A stretch of DNA of 64,000 nt from IMG/VR virus record IMGVR_UViG_2895374923_000003, positions 18,026 to 82,025 of that record, one strand, 5' to 3'. Position 1 is the stretch's first letter; the number at the start of each line of letters is the position of its first letter. The notes beneath the pieces are model-generated. The model ran no database searches. It was not told the origin of the DNA and was given only the letters and a program-made list of their open reading frames with translations. The position numbers and the translations under genes were made by a program. This document shows, piece by piece, positions 8,671 through 17,498 of the stretch. This DNA comes from a virus. Lineage: Duplodnaviria > Caudoviricetes.

Positions 8671-11031
8671 GTGCCCAATTACGCCAACTACATCCCCAAT
8701 CCCTCCCTGGAACTGGGCTCGACCGGCTGGCAGGCCGAAGGCAGCGGGTCGCTGTCGCGCGGCGGCAGTAACGCCGTCCACGGCTCCTACGCCCTCAAGC
8801 TCACCTACACCGGGTACGGCGAGGCCAAGGCCGGTGGCGGGGTCTCCACCCTCGTCGCCATCGAGCCCGGCGCGGGGCCGTTCACCTTGTCGGCCACGCT
8901 GAAGGGGCTGACCGAGTCCAACGGCGCCAGCTACAACGCGGGCGTCACCATCACGGTCTACGACCTGCTGCCCGGCGAGGCCGTCACCGCCCGCCAGCAG
9001 CTCAAGCAGCAGACCTTCGCCTACACCACCAACGGCCGGGTGGCGATCCGCAACTTCACCCCGCGCCCGGCCGCGGACCGGCTCGTGGTCGCCTTCACCA
9101 CGAACTCCTCCTTCTATCGCTCGGCCAGTTACAGCAACGAGTCGCGCACCTTCTGGACCGAATACTCCTTCGGGCAGTACACCACCAGCGAGTTTCCCTA
9201 CAGCACCAGCTCGCCCAGCGGCAGCCAGGTGGACTCCTCCACCTACTCCAGCTACACCAGTGACAGCTCCTGGTCCAACAACGGCACCAGCTCCGGTTAT
9301 CGCAAGGGATCGCCCTCCGGTGGCATCGGCAGCGGCGGCCAGCAGTATTACTACTACTACAAGTGGAACCAGGCATCCCAGTCGCGCTCGGTCCAGACCA
9401 GCCCGGCTGTCTACGGCGGCACCGCCACGTTCTACGTCGATGCCATCCAGTTGGAGCGCGGCGTCACCGAGACCGCGTACGTAGACGGCAGTACGCCCGG
9501 CTACGTCTGGTCGGGCACCCCCGGTAGCTCGCCCACCCTGGCCATGGTCGCCCTGACGGGATCGGGCACAGCCTCGGGCAACGGCAGCCTGCCGGACATG
9601 ATGCGCCTGACCTTCATGGTCGCGCAGGGCAGCAGCAAGAACCAGGGACAACTGACCGCCGACACCCACGGCGTCCTGGGCGGCAAGGCCCAGGGCCGCG
9701 GTAACGGCACCGTCCGTATGTGGGGCGTCGGCGCCTTCCGTGCGGGCGGTACCGGCGGATCCCTCGGCAGCGCCTACCTCTACTCCATCAAGAAGATCTC
9801 CGCCTCAGGCACTTCCGGGCCCGGCAGCGGCGCCAACGCCCCCCGCCTGGCCATCGTCAAGGCGTGGCCCACCTTCGGCAGCGGTACCGGCACCGGCACC
9901 GGATCGCTCGCGCTGAGCTTCCCTCAGCCGATCGAGATGAACGGCCGCGCCCTCGGCAACGGCACCTTGGCCATGGGCGTCGGCTGGCAGCTCACCGGCG
10001 ACGGCTACGCTGCCGCGACCGGATCGCTCGACCTGTCCGACGGCACGCCGCAGGCCGCCTTCAGCGATTTCGCGATCTTCGGCGTTACCGAGGAGGACCC
10101 GCTCAAGCTGGGTGTCGGCGCCACGAACGCCGGGACGGCATCCGGCGCGTTCAACGCGGCGTGGAACCGCGTGTACGCCGAGTTCGTCAGCCCGGCCGAG
10201 CAGATCAGCGTCAACGGCTCGGTCGCCTGGCGTCGCGCTGCCTACGCCGCAGTCGGCTTCCGCTTCAACGCCGTGCCCGCCAACAACTACCACGAGCTCA
10301 CCTGCGTGCAGGCCGAAGCCGCCGCCCAGACGGCCCCCGGGCCCCGCAGCTATAGCACGGCCCAGACCCTGCGCCCCTTCGTCGTCGCTGACCGCATCAA
10401 CTACGCCATCGGCGATGTGTGGCCGTTCTTCGGATCCCAGAACATCACGGTCACCCGCGAGGGGAGCTCGCCGTACGCCGACGACCCCAAGCCCGTGGCC
10501 AAGGTCGTCTACCAGCCCGGCTACACCGGATTCATGGGCGGTGGCATGATCGCGCCTCCTCCCGGATCTCCGTGTGTCGTCTCCCTGCACATCAAGACCG
10601 ACAAGCCCGTGATCCTCCGCCTGGCCGTCACCCGCGGCCAGGGCTGGGTCGAGCAGGGCACCTCCGAACACCTGTCCCTGACGCCGGAGATGGGCTGGAC
10701 ACGGATCCAGGCCCCCTTCACCGCCTCCGACCTGGGCCAGTTCTGGCACATCAACTTCCCCTACGACGGCGCGGTCCCCCTGCCGCTGACCCTCAACATC
10801 GCCGGCATCCAGGTGGAGGAGGGCAGCCGCGCCACCCCGTACTTCCACATGAAGCTCGGCAGCCGCGACTACTTCCTGCGCTACAACGGCACCGACACCA
10901 ACCTGGGGGCTTTCCACTACCGCGACATCGACCAGCGAACCGCGCGACTCGTCAGCGCGCTGGAGGAGCAGACGCCGATGGGTATCCGTGTCGGCACACC
11001 TGAATTCGGCGTCATCCCGCATTTGGACTAA
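8671..11031 (+). CDS. Minor tail / carbohydrate-binding structural protein
   Basis: NYIPNPSLELG..GW..GSYALKL; FYVDAIQLERG; IAGIQVEEGS..TPYF motifs typical of phage tail CBM domains. Confidence 0.65.
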   Translation: MPNYANYIPNPSLELGSTGWQAEGSGSLSRGGSNAVHGSYALKLTYTGYGEAKAGGGVSTLVAIEPGAGPFTLSATLKGLTESNGASYNAGVTITVYDLLPGEAVTARQQLKQQTFAYTTNGRVAIRNFTPRPAADRLVVAFTTNSSFYRSASYSNESRTFWTEYSFGQYTTSEFPYSTSSPSGSQVDSSTYSSYTSDSSWSNNGTSSGYRKGSPSGGIGSGGQQYYYYYKWNQASQSRSVQTSPAVYGGTATFYVDAIQLERGVTETAYVDGSTPGYVWSGTPGSSPTLAMVALTGSGTASGNGSLPDMMRLTFMVAQGSSKNQGQLTADTHGVLGGKAQGRGNGTVRMWGVGAFRAGGTGGSLGSAYLYSIKKISASGTSGPGSGANAPRLAIVKAWPTFGSGTGTGTGSLALSFPQPIEMNGRALGNGTLAMGVGWQLTGDGYAAATGSLDLSDGTPQAAFSDFAIFGVTEEDPLKLGVGATNAGTASGAFNAAWNRVYAEFVSPAEQISVNGSVAWRRAAYAAVGFRFNAVPANNYHELTCVQAEAAAQTAPGPRSYSTAQTLRPFVVADRINYAIGDVWPFFGSQNITVTREGSSPYADDPKPVAKVVYQPGYTGFMGGGMIAPPPGSPCVVSLHIKTDKPVILRLAVTRGQGWVEQGTSEHLSLTPEMGWTRIQAPFTASDLGQFWHINFPYDGAVPLPLTLNIAGIQVEEGSRATPYFHMKLGSRDYFLRYNGTDTNLGAFHYRDIDQRTARLVSALEEQTPMGIRVGTPEFGVIPHLD

Positions 11032-11126
11032 CTCGCGCATTACAAAGGGCCGCCCATTTATCAATACCGTCGTAGAGTGCCGGAATTTCTCCGGCGAATT
11101 CATAACTCTCCGGAGGAGTTAGAGAA

Positions 11127-11453
11127 ATGGCTGGTTTCGATACCGCCCTCGTGCTCGGCCTTGTGGTCGGGCCGTTCCTATCCCTGCTGGTCGGCCTAGT
11201 GACCAAGGCGTCGTGGTCCGGCGCGGTCAAGGGCCTGCTGCTGGCCGCCCTGTCGGCCCTCGACGGCTTCATCGTCGCCTGGGAGCAGGCGGCCGGCGCC
11301 GGTGACGTCTTCGACTGGCGCACGGCCCTGCTCGTGGCCGTCGGCGCCTTCATCGCCGCGCAGTCGGTGCACGAGGCGATCTGGAAGCCGACCGGCGCAA
11401 CCGACGCCGTGCAGTCGGTCCTCGTCCGGGACAAGGTGGATCTGGCGGCGTGA
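11127..11453 (+). CDS. Holin-like membrane protein
   Basis: 108 aa, three hydrophobic segments, PLLVGLVTK..S..VK pattern of actinophage holins; GGAGGAG RBS; end of tail cluster. Confidence 0.7.
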   Translation: MAGFDTALVLGLVVGPFLSLLVGLVTKASWSGAVKGLLLAALSALDGFIVAWEQAAGAGDVFDWRTALLVAVGAFIAAQSVHEAIWKPTGATDAVQSVLVRDKVDLAA

Positions 11454-11752
11454 TCAGCGTCGTCCTGACCGGTCTGGCGGCGTGGATGGCCTACCAGGTC
11501 GTCCGCGCCGTCGTGCCGGTGCCCGCCGCCCTCCAGTCGCTGCTGGTGATCGGCGCCTGCTACGGGCTGCCGTTCGCTCCGCCCCAGCTCACGCACGCCC
11601 TGGCCGCCGCGGCAGTGGCGGCCGTCGTCACCCGGATGTCCAGCCGCCCCGAAACCTCCGCGCAGTCGCTGACAGAAATGCTGATTGAGCTGCGCAAACG
11701 AGCGTCTCGGGGGAGGGGCCGCGCCTCCCGGGTGCCCGACCTGCCGCGCTGA
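11450..11752 (+). CDS. Small membrane protein with basic C-terminus (lysis-associated?)
   Basis: Hydrophobic segments, Arg-rich tail, 4-bp overlap with holin. Confidence 0.55.
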   Translation: MISVVLTGLAAWMAYQVVRAVVPVPAALQSLLVIGACYGLPFAPPQLTHALAAAAVAAVVTRMSSRPETSAQSLTEMLIELRKRASRGRGRASRVPDLPR

Positions 11753-11802
11753 GAATCTTCCCCCACGAGTTGATACGTAAGTTGTCGCAGACTCCCACTT
11801 TA

Positions 11803-11833
11803 CGTAAAGCTGAGACGCATCTCCCGCTTTCAA
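11803..11833. promoter_or_regulatory. Dyad operator AAAGC-N15-GCTTT, copy 1
   Basis: AAAGC 11806-11810, GCTTT 11826-11830; intergenic, directly upstream of the 11850 gene. Confidence 0.55.
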
Positions 11834-11849
11834 ATATGTGAGGATCTGC

Positions 11850-12926
11850 GTGACCACCACCAAGCCCCTCGTCTTCGCCGTCGCAGGAGCAGGCGAATCC
11901 AGCACCGACAACACCTGGGACCTGCTCACCGACTGGCTGGAAGACGACCCCGAGCGCGAGGTCGCGCTCTACCTGCCCGCCGATCTTGCGCTGACCAGCA
12001 AGGCCGTCGTAGACGTCGCGGAGTGGGCCGAGGCATCCGAGGTGTCCTACACCGCGCTGGCCGCCCCGAAGCCGGGCCGCCGAGGAAAGCTCGTCCTGGC
12101 CTCCTGCGCCCGCTCCGAAGAGACCATGTACGTCGCCGACGACCTCATCCAGACGCTGGCCAATGCCCAGCGGGACGGCAAGGAGGCCGTGCTCGTGCTG
12201 GCCTGGGGCGAATCCGACGAGGCCCCGGACGAGGACACCGGCACGCTGTTCGACCAGGCCGTGGCCGCGGGAATCCCCGTCAAGGACCTCACCGCCGGAC
12301 TGGACGACCTGGCCTACACCGATGACCCTCCGGCCGAGGACCCGGAGGAGGAGCACCCCGACGACGCCGACGACGACGATGACGCCGTGCCCCCGTCCGG
12401 CGAGCCTGCCGAACTCGAGCAGATCGAGCAGGAACTGACGCTCGAGGATCCGAGCCCGTCACCCCGCCCCGACCAGGGAGCGGCGCCAGCCGAGGAGGAG
12501 GCCGCCCCGGCAGACGAGGCGCAGGCCATCCCGCCCGCCCCCGCGCCCCGGCCCGCGGACGTCCCCGACCTGCTCACCACCCTCGCCTTCACGATCGAGC
12601 ACCTCACCCAGCAGGACCACGCCAACGCCGCCCGCCGCATGGAACCGGTCCACCTTGCCCCGCTCACCCGTGCCGTACGCCACCACTTCCAGCGCCTGAA
12701 CGAGGAACTCAACGCCCAGGCGGCCCCGAGCCAGAACCCACAGCCGTCCGCCAAGGCGCGCGGCAAGGCCCGCGACACCGCCGCAGATCCGGTCACCGTC
12801 CTCATAGACGAGGACAAGCAGACCATTCGCCTGGCCGGGCGCGGACGCCCCCGCAAGGGCGAGACCAAGCGCGAGATGACCCGCGCCGAATACGAGGCGT
12901 TCCTCAGCGACTTCGACCAGGACTAA
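11850..12926 (+). CDS. Hypothetical protein, alpha/beta N-terminal domain plus acidic disordered linker
   Basis: Long ORF with phage codon bias; GTG 11850 with GAGG RBS; D/E/P-rich middle. Confidence 0.7.
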   Translation: MTTTKPLVFAVAGAGESSTDNTWDLLTDWLEDDPEREVALYLPADLALTSKAVVDVAEWAEASEVSYTALAAPKPGRRGKLVLASCARSEETMYVADDLIQTLANAQRDGKEAVLVLAWGESDEAPDEDTGTLFDQAVAAGIPVKDLTAGLDDLAYTDDPPAEDPEEEHPDDADDDDDAVPPSGEPAELEQIEQELTLEDPSPSPRPDQGAAPAEEEAAPADEAQAIPPAPAPRPADVPDLLTTLAFTIEHLTQQDHANAARRMEPVHLAPLTRAVRHHFQRLNEELNAQAAPSQNPQPSAKARGKARDTAADPVTVLIDEDKQTIRLAGRGRPRKGETKREMTRAEYEAFLSDFDQD

Positions 12927-12932
12927 AACGCG

Positions 12933-12983
12933 AAGGGCCCCCAGCAATAAGCCGCCACACAGAGGACGGGGCTGGGGGCCCTT
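12933..12983 (+). terminator. 13-bp stem-loop (terminator or regulatory hairpin) upstream of the replication initiator
   Basis: AAGGGCCCCCAGC 12933-12945 / GCTGGGGGCCCTT 12971-12983 perfect inverted repeat. Confidence 0.55.
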
Positions 12984-13115
12984 AACCACCACGCACTCGC
13001 AGACAGGCAAATCATCTGCGAGGAAGGAGCCGGGAAGGGAACCGGACTTCCGTAAACATAAACGCTACCCCACGCGCTCCGTAATTCAGGAATTTCGGCA
13101 AGGAAAGTAACTCAA

Positions 13116-14090
13116 TTGGCCATCGAAATCGTTGCTGAGGTGTGGCAGAAAGCACCTGCGGCGGTGAAGGGAACCGAACTCCTCGTCCTGCTCCGGCTGG
13201 CCAACTCCGCCGGGGCCGACCACCGCATGACCTGGCTCGGCGTCGAGTCGCTGTGCCGGGAGGTCCGCGCCTCGCGCTCGACCGTCTACGCCGCCCTGGC
13301 CAAGCTCGCCGACCGGGGGATCCTCCAGGAGGTTGCCGAGGACCACTGGCCGGGCGAGGCCCGCGGCTACCTGTCGGTCGTGCGGCGGATCACCACGCCC
13401 GACTTCTGGGACGAGAACTGCCCCGCCCCGCCCTTCCGGGCAGGGGAGGTATCAACCCGTCCGGAATCTGGACCAGTTGATACATCGCAGCGCCAGCCGG
13501 TACCAACTCGTCCGGAATCTGGACCCAAGACTAAAAACCCTATTCATCTAGAGACTTCGTCTCTAGATTCATACGCCGCGCCTGCGGCTCGGCGGGCCGC
13601 CACGACGCCGAAGATGCGCCACCAGCAGATGGAGCTGGACGACGAGCACGACCCGGCGGTCGCCGCCGGGGTCCGGGAGCCACGACCCCCGCGCCAGCAG
13701 CGCACCCGCCGGGCGCCCGGACCCGACACCGGCCTCGGCCTGGCCGCGCACTTCGCCCGGGCGATGACCGGCAGCGCCAGCGACGGGTTCCCGGCCTACA
13801 TCGACGTGGCCAACCAGACCAAGCTCGCCGGTGCCTTCAACCGGTGGATGCGGCAAGGCGCGGCCCCCGACCAGATCCGGGACATGATCGCCGCCTACGC
13901 CACGGTGCCCGGCTACCGCTCGGACTCCGCCGTCCCGTGGACCGACTTCCTCGCCAAGCGGGCCCTGCTGTGGCAGCACATCACCCGCGCCCGCAGCGCC
14001 CAGGCAGCCCAGCAGTTCCGGCCCGAGGAGTGGTCCTCCGGCCTCACCGACGACCAACCGTTCAACCCCGACGACTGGACGAGCCTGTGA
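13116..14090 (+). CDS. Phage replication initiator (N-terminal HTH)
   Basis: ELLVLLRLANSA..WLGVESLCREVRASRSTVYAALAKL.DRGIL winged HTH; internal iterons; followed by DnaC-like ATPase. Confidence 0.8.
   Translation: MAIEIVAEVWQKAPAAVKGTELLVLLRLANSAGADHRMTWLGVESLCREVRASRSTVYAALAKLADRGILQEVAEDHWPGEARGYLSVVRRITTPDFWDENCPAPPFRAGEVSTRPESGPVDTSQRQPVPTRPESGPKTKNPIHLETSSLDSYAAPAARRAATTPKMRHQQMELDDEHDPAVAAGVREPRPPRQQRTRRAPGPDTGLGLAAHFARAMTGSASDGFPAYIDVANQTKLAGAFNRWMRQGAAPDQIRDMIAAYATVPGYRSDSAVPWTDFLAKRALLWQHITRARSAQAAQQFRPEEWSSGLTDDQPFNPDDWTSL
13448..13568. repeat. Putative replication origin: iteron pair plus AT-rich cruciform inside the initiator gene
   Basis: 27-bp direct repeats at 13448-13474 and 13499-13525 (25/27 identical); perfect 10-bp inverted repeat ATCTAGAGAC-ttc-GTCTCTAGAT at 13546-13568. 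Confidence 0.7.
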
Positions 14091-14779
14091 CCCCCGCCCT
14101 CACCGCCGACGCCGTCGCGCGCCGCGCCAACCTCGCCGGAATCCCGGCCCTGTACCGCGGACTGCGGCTCACCGACTGGAACCCCTACAACAACCACGCA
14201 CACGCCGCCAGATCGTCCGTAGAAGCCTTTCTCGACACATTTGAGGCCAGAGTGAGCAGTGAGGCTCAAAACGCCTCCAGAAGCCTCCTGGGACGCGGGC
14301 TGGCCCTCGTCGGCCCCGCCGGGGCAGGCAAGACCACCCTCGCCTGCATCACCGCCACCGAGACGGCCGAGCGCCACAACGCCGGGATCATGTTCGTCGC
14401 CGTCGCCGACTACATGAAGGCCCTGGCCAAGCAGCACGCCATCAAGGCCCAGGCCGACCGGGGCGTGCAGGAGGCCATCGACCTGTGGTGGGCCATCGAA
14501 CGCATGGTCCACAAGGCCGAGACGACACCGCTGCTGGTCTTCGACGACGTCGGCAAGGAACACCGCACCGCCAGCAACGCCGCCATCGACGAGGTCGACC
14601 GGTTGCTGCGCATGCGCTTTCGCCGAGCCCTGCCCACCGTGGCCACCACCAACCTGCGCCTGGCCGCCTGGGGCGAGTCCTACAACCCCTCCATGGCCTC
14701 CTTCGCCCACGAGACCTTCGACGAAGTCGTGCTGGGCGGCGTCGACCTGCGCAAGGAGGCCGCCCGTGCAAGGCGGTGA
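14087..14779 (+). CDS. DnaC/IstB-like ATPase (helicase loader)
   Basis: GLALVGPAGAGKT Walker A, LLVFDDVGKE Walker B, PTVATTNL; GTGA overlap with initiator. Confidence 0.9.
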   Translation: MTPALTADAVARRANLAGIPALYRGLRLTDWNPYNNHAHAARSSVEAFLDTFEARVSSEAQNASRSLLGRGLALVGPAGAGKTTLACITATETAERHNAGIMFVAVADYMKALAKQHAIKAQADRGVQEAIDLWWAIERMVHKAETTPLLVFDDVGKEHRTASNAAIDEVDRLLRMRFRRALPTVATTNLRLAAWGESYNPSMASFAHETFDEVVLGGVDLRKEAARARR

Positions 14780-15209
14780 CATCAGCAACCAGACCACCCC
14801 GCGGCTGCTGATCGAGTTCGAGAACCTGATCGGCCACCCGCCCGCCCGCAAGGGGCTGGCCGCCGTCAAGCGCACCCTGGGCCAGTGGCACCGCCTGGCC
14901 CTCGAGTGGGACCTCGACGACCTGGTCGTCAAGGTCATGTGGGATCTGTCCTGGCGCCTGCACCAGACCCTGGAGGTCATCACCACCCAGGGCCCGGACT
15001 TCGCCACCGCGCTGGAGGAACGGCTGGACGCCGAGCAGGTGCCCGCCTCCCGGGTGTGGGCCTACCAGCCGCGAGTGTTGGCCCGCCGGCTCGCGTCCAT
15101 GCCGTACGTGGCGGCCGTCTACACCACCGACCCCCACCACGCCCTGCTGTACGGCTCACGCGGGCGCCTGATCACCACCGACAACCTGCTCCAGATGGGA
15201 CGCTTTTGA
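14766..15209 (+). CDS. Hypothetical protein, degenerate HAD-like fold
   Basis: PRLLIEFENLIG resembles HAD motif I without the Asp residues; operon overlaps on both sides. Confidence 0.5.
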   Translation: MQGGDISNQTTPRLLIEFENLIGHPPARKGLAAVKRTLGQWHRLALEWDLDDLVVKVMWDLSWRLHQTLEVITTQGPDFATALEERLDAEQVPASRVWAYQPRVLARRLASMPYVAAVYTTDPHHALLYGSRGRLITTDNLLQMGRF

Positions 15210-16462
15210 TGGACATCGAGCGCTCGCTGATCTCGCGCGTGATCGAACTGGGCGATCTCGGGCCCCTCGCTCACGCCGGGATCACCCGCGTCTGGTTCCG
15301 CGACCCCGAATCCGCCCAGGTCTGGGACGCCATCACCAGCCACAAGCAGACCTACGGCACCGTCCCCTCTCTGGCAGCGGTCAAGGCCGACCACCCCACC
15401 TACAAACTGATCAAGGCCGACGAGGACCTGCCCTACCTGCTGGACAAGATGCGCGAGCACCGGCACCTGGTCGTGCTGGAGACCGGCCTGACCGACGCCG
15501 TGCTCAAGCACACCCGGCGCGACGTCACCGGCGCCACGGCCGCCATCGCCACCGTGCTGGCGCAGATCATGCGCGAGGGCCCGACCCTGCACGACGTCGA
15601 CCTGACCACCAACGGCGAGCAGCGCATCCAGCGCTACCGCGAACTGGCCGAACTGGACGGACGCCTGCGCGGCATCCCCAGCGGGTTCGGAGCCATCGAC
15701 CAGGCGCTCGGCGGATTCGAGGGAGGCCAGCTCATCACCTTCGTCGGCCCCCCGAAGGCGGGAAAGTCCACCGCCACCCTGCTCATGGCCAAGGCCGCCA
15801 ACGACGCCGGATACAGCCCGCTGTTCATCGGCTTCGAGATGTCCAACCTCGAGCAAGAGCAGCGACTGGACGCCTTCCGCGCAGGGATCCCGCACTCCAA
15901 GCTCCGCAACGGCACCCTGTCCCTGGCCGAGTGGAAGAAGCTGGAGCGCTCGGTCCACTCCATGGAGTCCATGCCGAGCTTCCACCTGTCGGCAGACTCC
16001 CAGTCCGTCATGACCCTCACCGGCCTGCGCGCCAAAATCGAGAAGATCCGGCCGCACATCGTCTTCGTCGACGGCGTCTACATGATGCAGGACGAGCAGG
16101 GAGAACCGGCCGGATCCCCGCAGGCGCTGACCAACATCACCCGCGGCCTCAAGCGGATGGCCCAGCAGCTCAACCTGCCCATCGTCATCGCCACCCAGGC
16201 GCTGGAGAGCAAGATGAACGGCAAGAAGGTGACCAGCTACTCCATCGGCTACAGCTCCAGCTTCGTCCAAGACAGCGACGCCGTCCTGGCAGTCGAACGC
16301 ACCGACGAGCACAACATCAACGTCATCAGCATCGTGCTGGCCCGCACCGCCTCGCCGATGCGCGTCCACTACGCCTGGGACTGGGAGCGCGCCCTCTTCG
16401 AGGAGATCGACGACCCCACAGGCTCGGGCTGGGACGAAGGAGGCTACGGTGTCGCGGCCTAA
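15209..16462 (+). CDS. dnaB: DnaB-like replicative helicase
   Basis: GIPSGFGAIDQALGG, GPPKAGKS, FIGFEMS, VFVDG, LKRMAQQLNLPIVIATQ, QDSDAVL. Confidence 0.92.
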   Translation: MDIERSLISRVIELGDLGPLAHAGITRVWFRDPESAQVWDAITSHKQTYGTVPSLAAVKADHPTYKLIKADEDLPYLLDKMREHRHLVVLETGLTDAVLKHTRRDVTGATAAIATVLAQIMREGPTLHDVDLTTNGEQRIQRYRELAELDGRLRGIPSGFGAIDQALGGFEGGQLITFVGPPKAGKSTATLLMAKAANDAGYSPLFIGFEMSNLEQEQRLDAFRAGIPHSKLRNGTLSLAEWKKLERSVHSMESMPSFHLSADSQSVMTLTGLRAKIEKIRPHIVFVDGVYMMQDEQGEPAGSPQALTNITRGLKRMAQQLNLPIVIATQALESKMNGKKVTSYSIGYSSSFVQDSDAVLAVERTDEHNINVISIVLARTASPMRVHYAWDWERALFEEIDDPTGSGWDEGGYGVAA

Positions 16463-17444
16463 GATCACCTCCGGCTTCGACGCCTTCGCCGACGTCGTCC
16501 CCGGCGACGTGATCTCCGCCCTGGAGGCGCTCGGCCTGGAGATCATCCGCATCGACGACTCCGGCGAGGCCACCTGCCGCTGCCCGGCCCACCTGGAATA
16601 CACCGGCCGCGAAGACCGCAACCCGAGCTTCGCGGTCAACGTCGAGAGCGGCTTCATGAACTGCTTCTCGTGCGGGTTCCGGGGCCGCTTCGCCGACCTG
16701 GTCGCCTACGTCCTGCGCATCGACCGCACCGACGCCGTCGCCTGGATCCGCGCCCGGGGCACCATCGCCCGAGCCGAGCGGCTCCTGGCCACCAAGCCAC
16801 CCCCGCCCGTCGACACCAGCGAGCTGATCACCGAAGCGGCCCTGGCCATCTACACCACCCCGCCCCCGCAGGCCCTACGCAGCCGGGGACTGACCGCGCA
16901 GGCGTGCGCCGCCTACGGCGTGCTCTGGTGCCCGCGCGAAGAGCTGTGGATCACTCCCGTGCGCGACGAGCACGGCACCCTGCTGGGCTGGCAGGAGAAG
17001 AACCGCCGACTCTTCCGCAACCGGCCCAAGTACCTCAAGAAGTCCACGGCCCTTTTCGGACTGAACACCGTGAAGCCCGGCCAGCCCGTCGTCCGGGTGG
17101 AATCCCCGCTGGATGCGCCACGGCTGCTGGCCGCCGGAGTGCCCGGCGCGGTGGCCACCTACGGCGCGTCGGTGTCGGCTGAGCAGCTCCGGCTGATCCG
17201 CCAGGTCACCGACACCCTGATCGACTTCCCCGACCACGACGAGGCGGGCCTGATCTACTCGCGCAAGCTGTGGCAGGCCGCTCGGGGAAGCGGGCTGTCC
17301 ACACTCTTCGTCGACTACGCCAACCTCGTCGACCGCGAGGACACCACGGGCCTGGACCCGGGCGACCTGACCGACACCGAACTGCGCACCATGGTCGACC
17401 TGGCCACCCCCGGCCTGCTCTCGCGCTGGCTGCGCGCAGGCTAG
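16449..17444 (+). CDS. DNA primase (CHC2 zinc finger plus TOPRIM)
   Basis: CRCPAH..NPSF..NCFSC zinc finger; VESPLDA and DHDEAG TOPRIM motifs. Confidence 0.9.
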   Translation: MSRPKITSGFDAFADVVPGDVISALEALGLEIIRIDDSGEATCRCPAHLEYTGREDRNPSFAVNVESGFMNCFSCGFRGRFADLVAYVLRIDRTDAVAWIRARGTIARAERLLATKPPPPVDTSELITEAALAIYTTPPPQALRSRGLTAQACAAYGVLWCPREELWITPVRDEHGTLLGWQEKNRRLFRNRPKYLKKSTALFGLNTVKPGQPVVRVESPLDAPRLLAAGVPGAVATYGASVSAEQLRLIRQVTDTLIDFPDHDEAGLIYSRKLWQAARGSGLSTLFVDYANLVDREDTTGLDPGDLTDTELRTMVDLATPGLLSRWLRAG

Positions 17445-17458
17445 CAACTCCCGCCCAC

Positions 17459-17498
17459 GAGCCCGTCCCAGCGGAATAGCCGCTGTTGGGACGGGCTC
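17459..17498 (+). terminator. Long stem-loop after the primase gene
   Basis: GAGCCCGTCCCA..TGGGACGGGCTC inverted repeat. Confidence 0.5.

Noticed and set aside
19-11031. Baseplate cluster as an extracellular contractile injection system or T6SS
   Set aside because: It is contiguous with a holin and a full phage replication arm; no eCIS ATPase or T6SS membrane genes are visible.
2672-11031. Diversity-generating retroelement acting on tail genes
   Set aside because: No reverse transcriptase and no template/variable repeat pair differing at adenines was seen; the paralogy is at the protein level.
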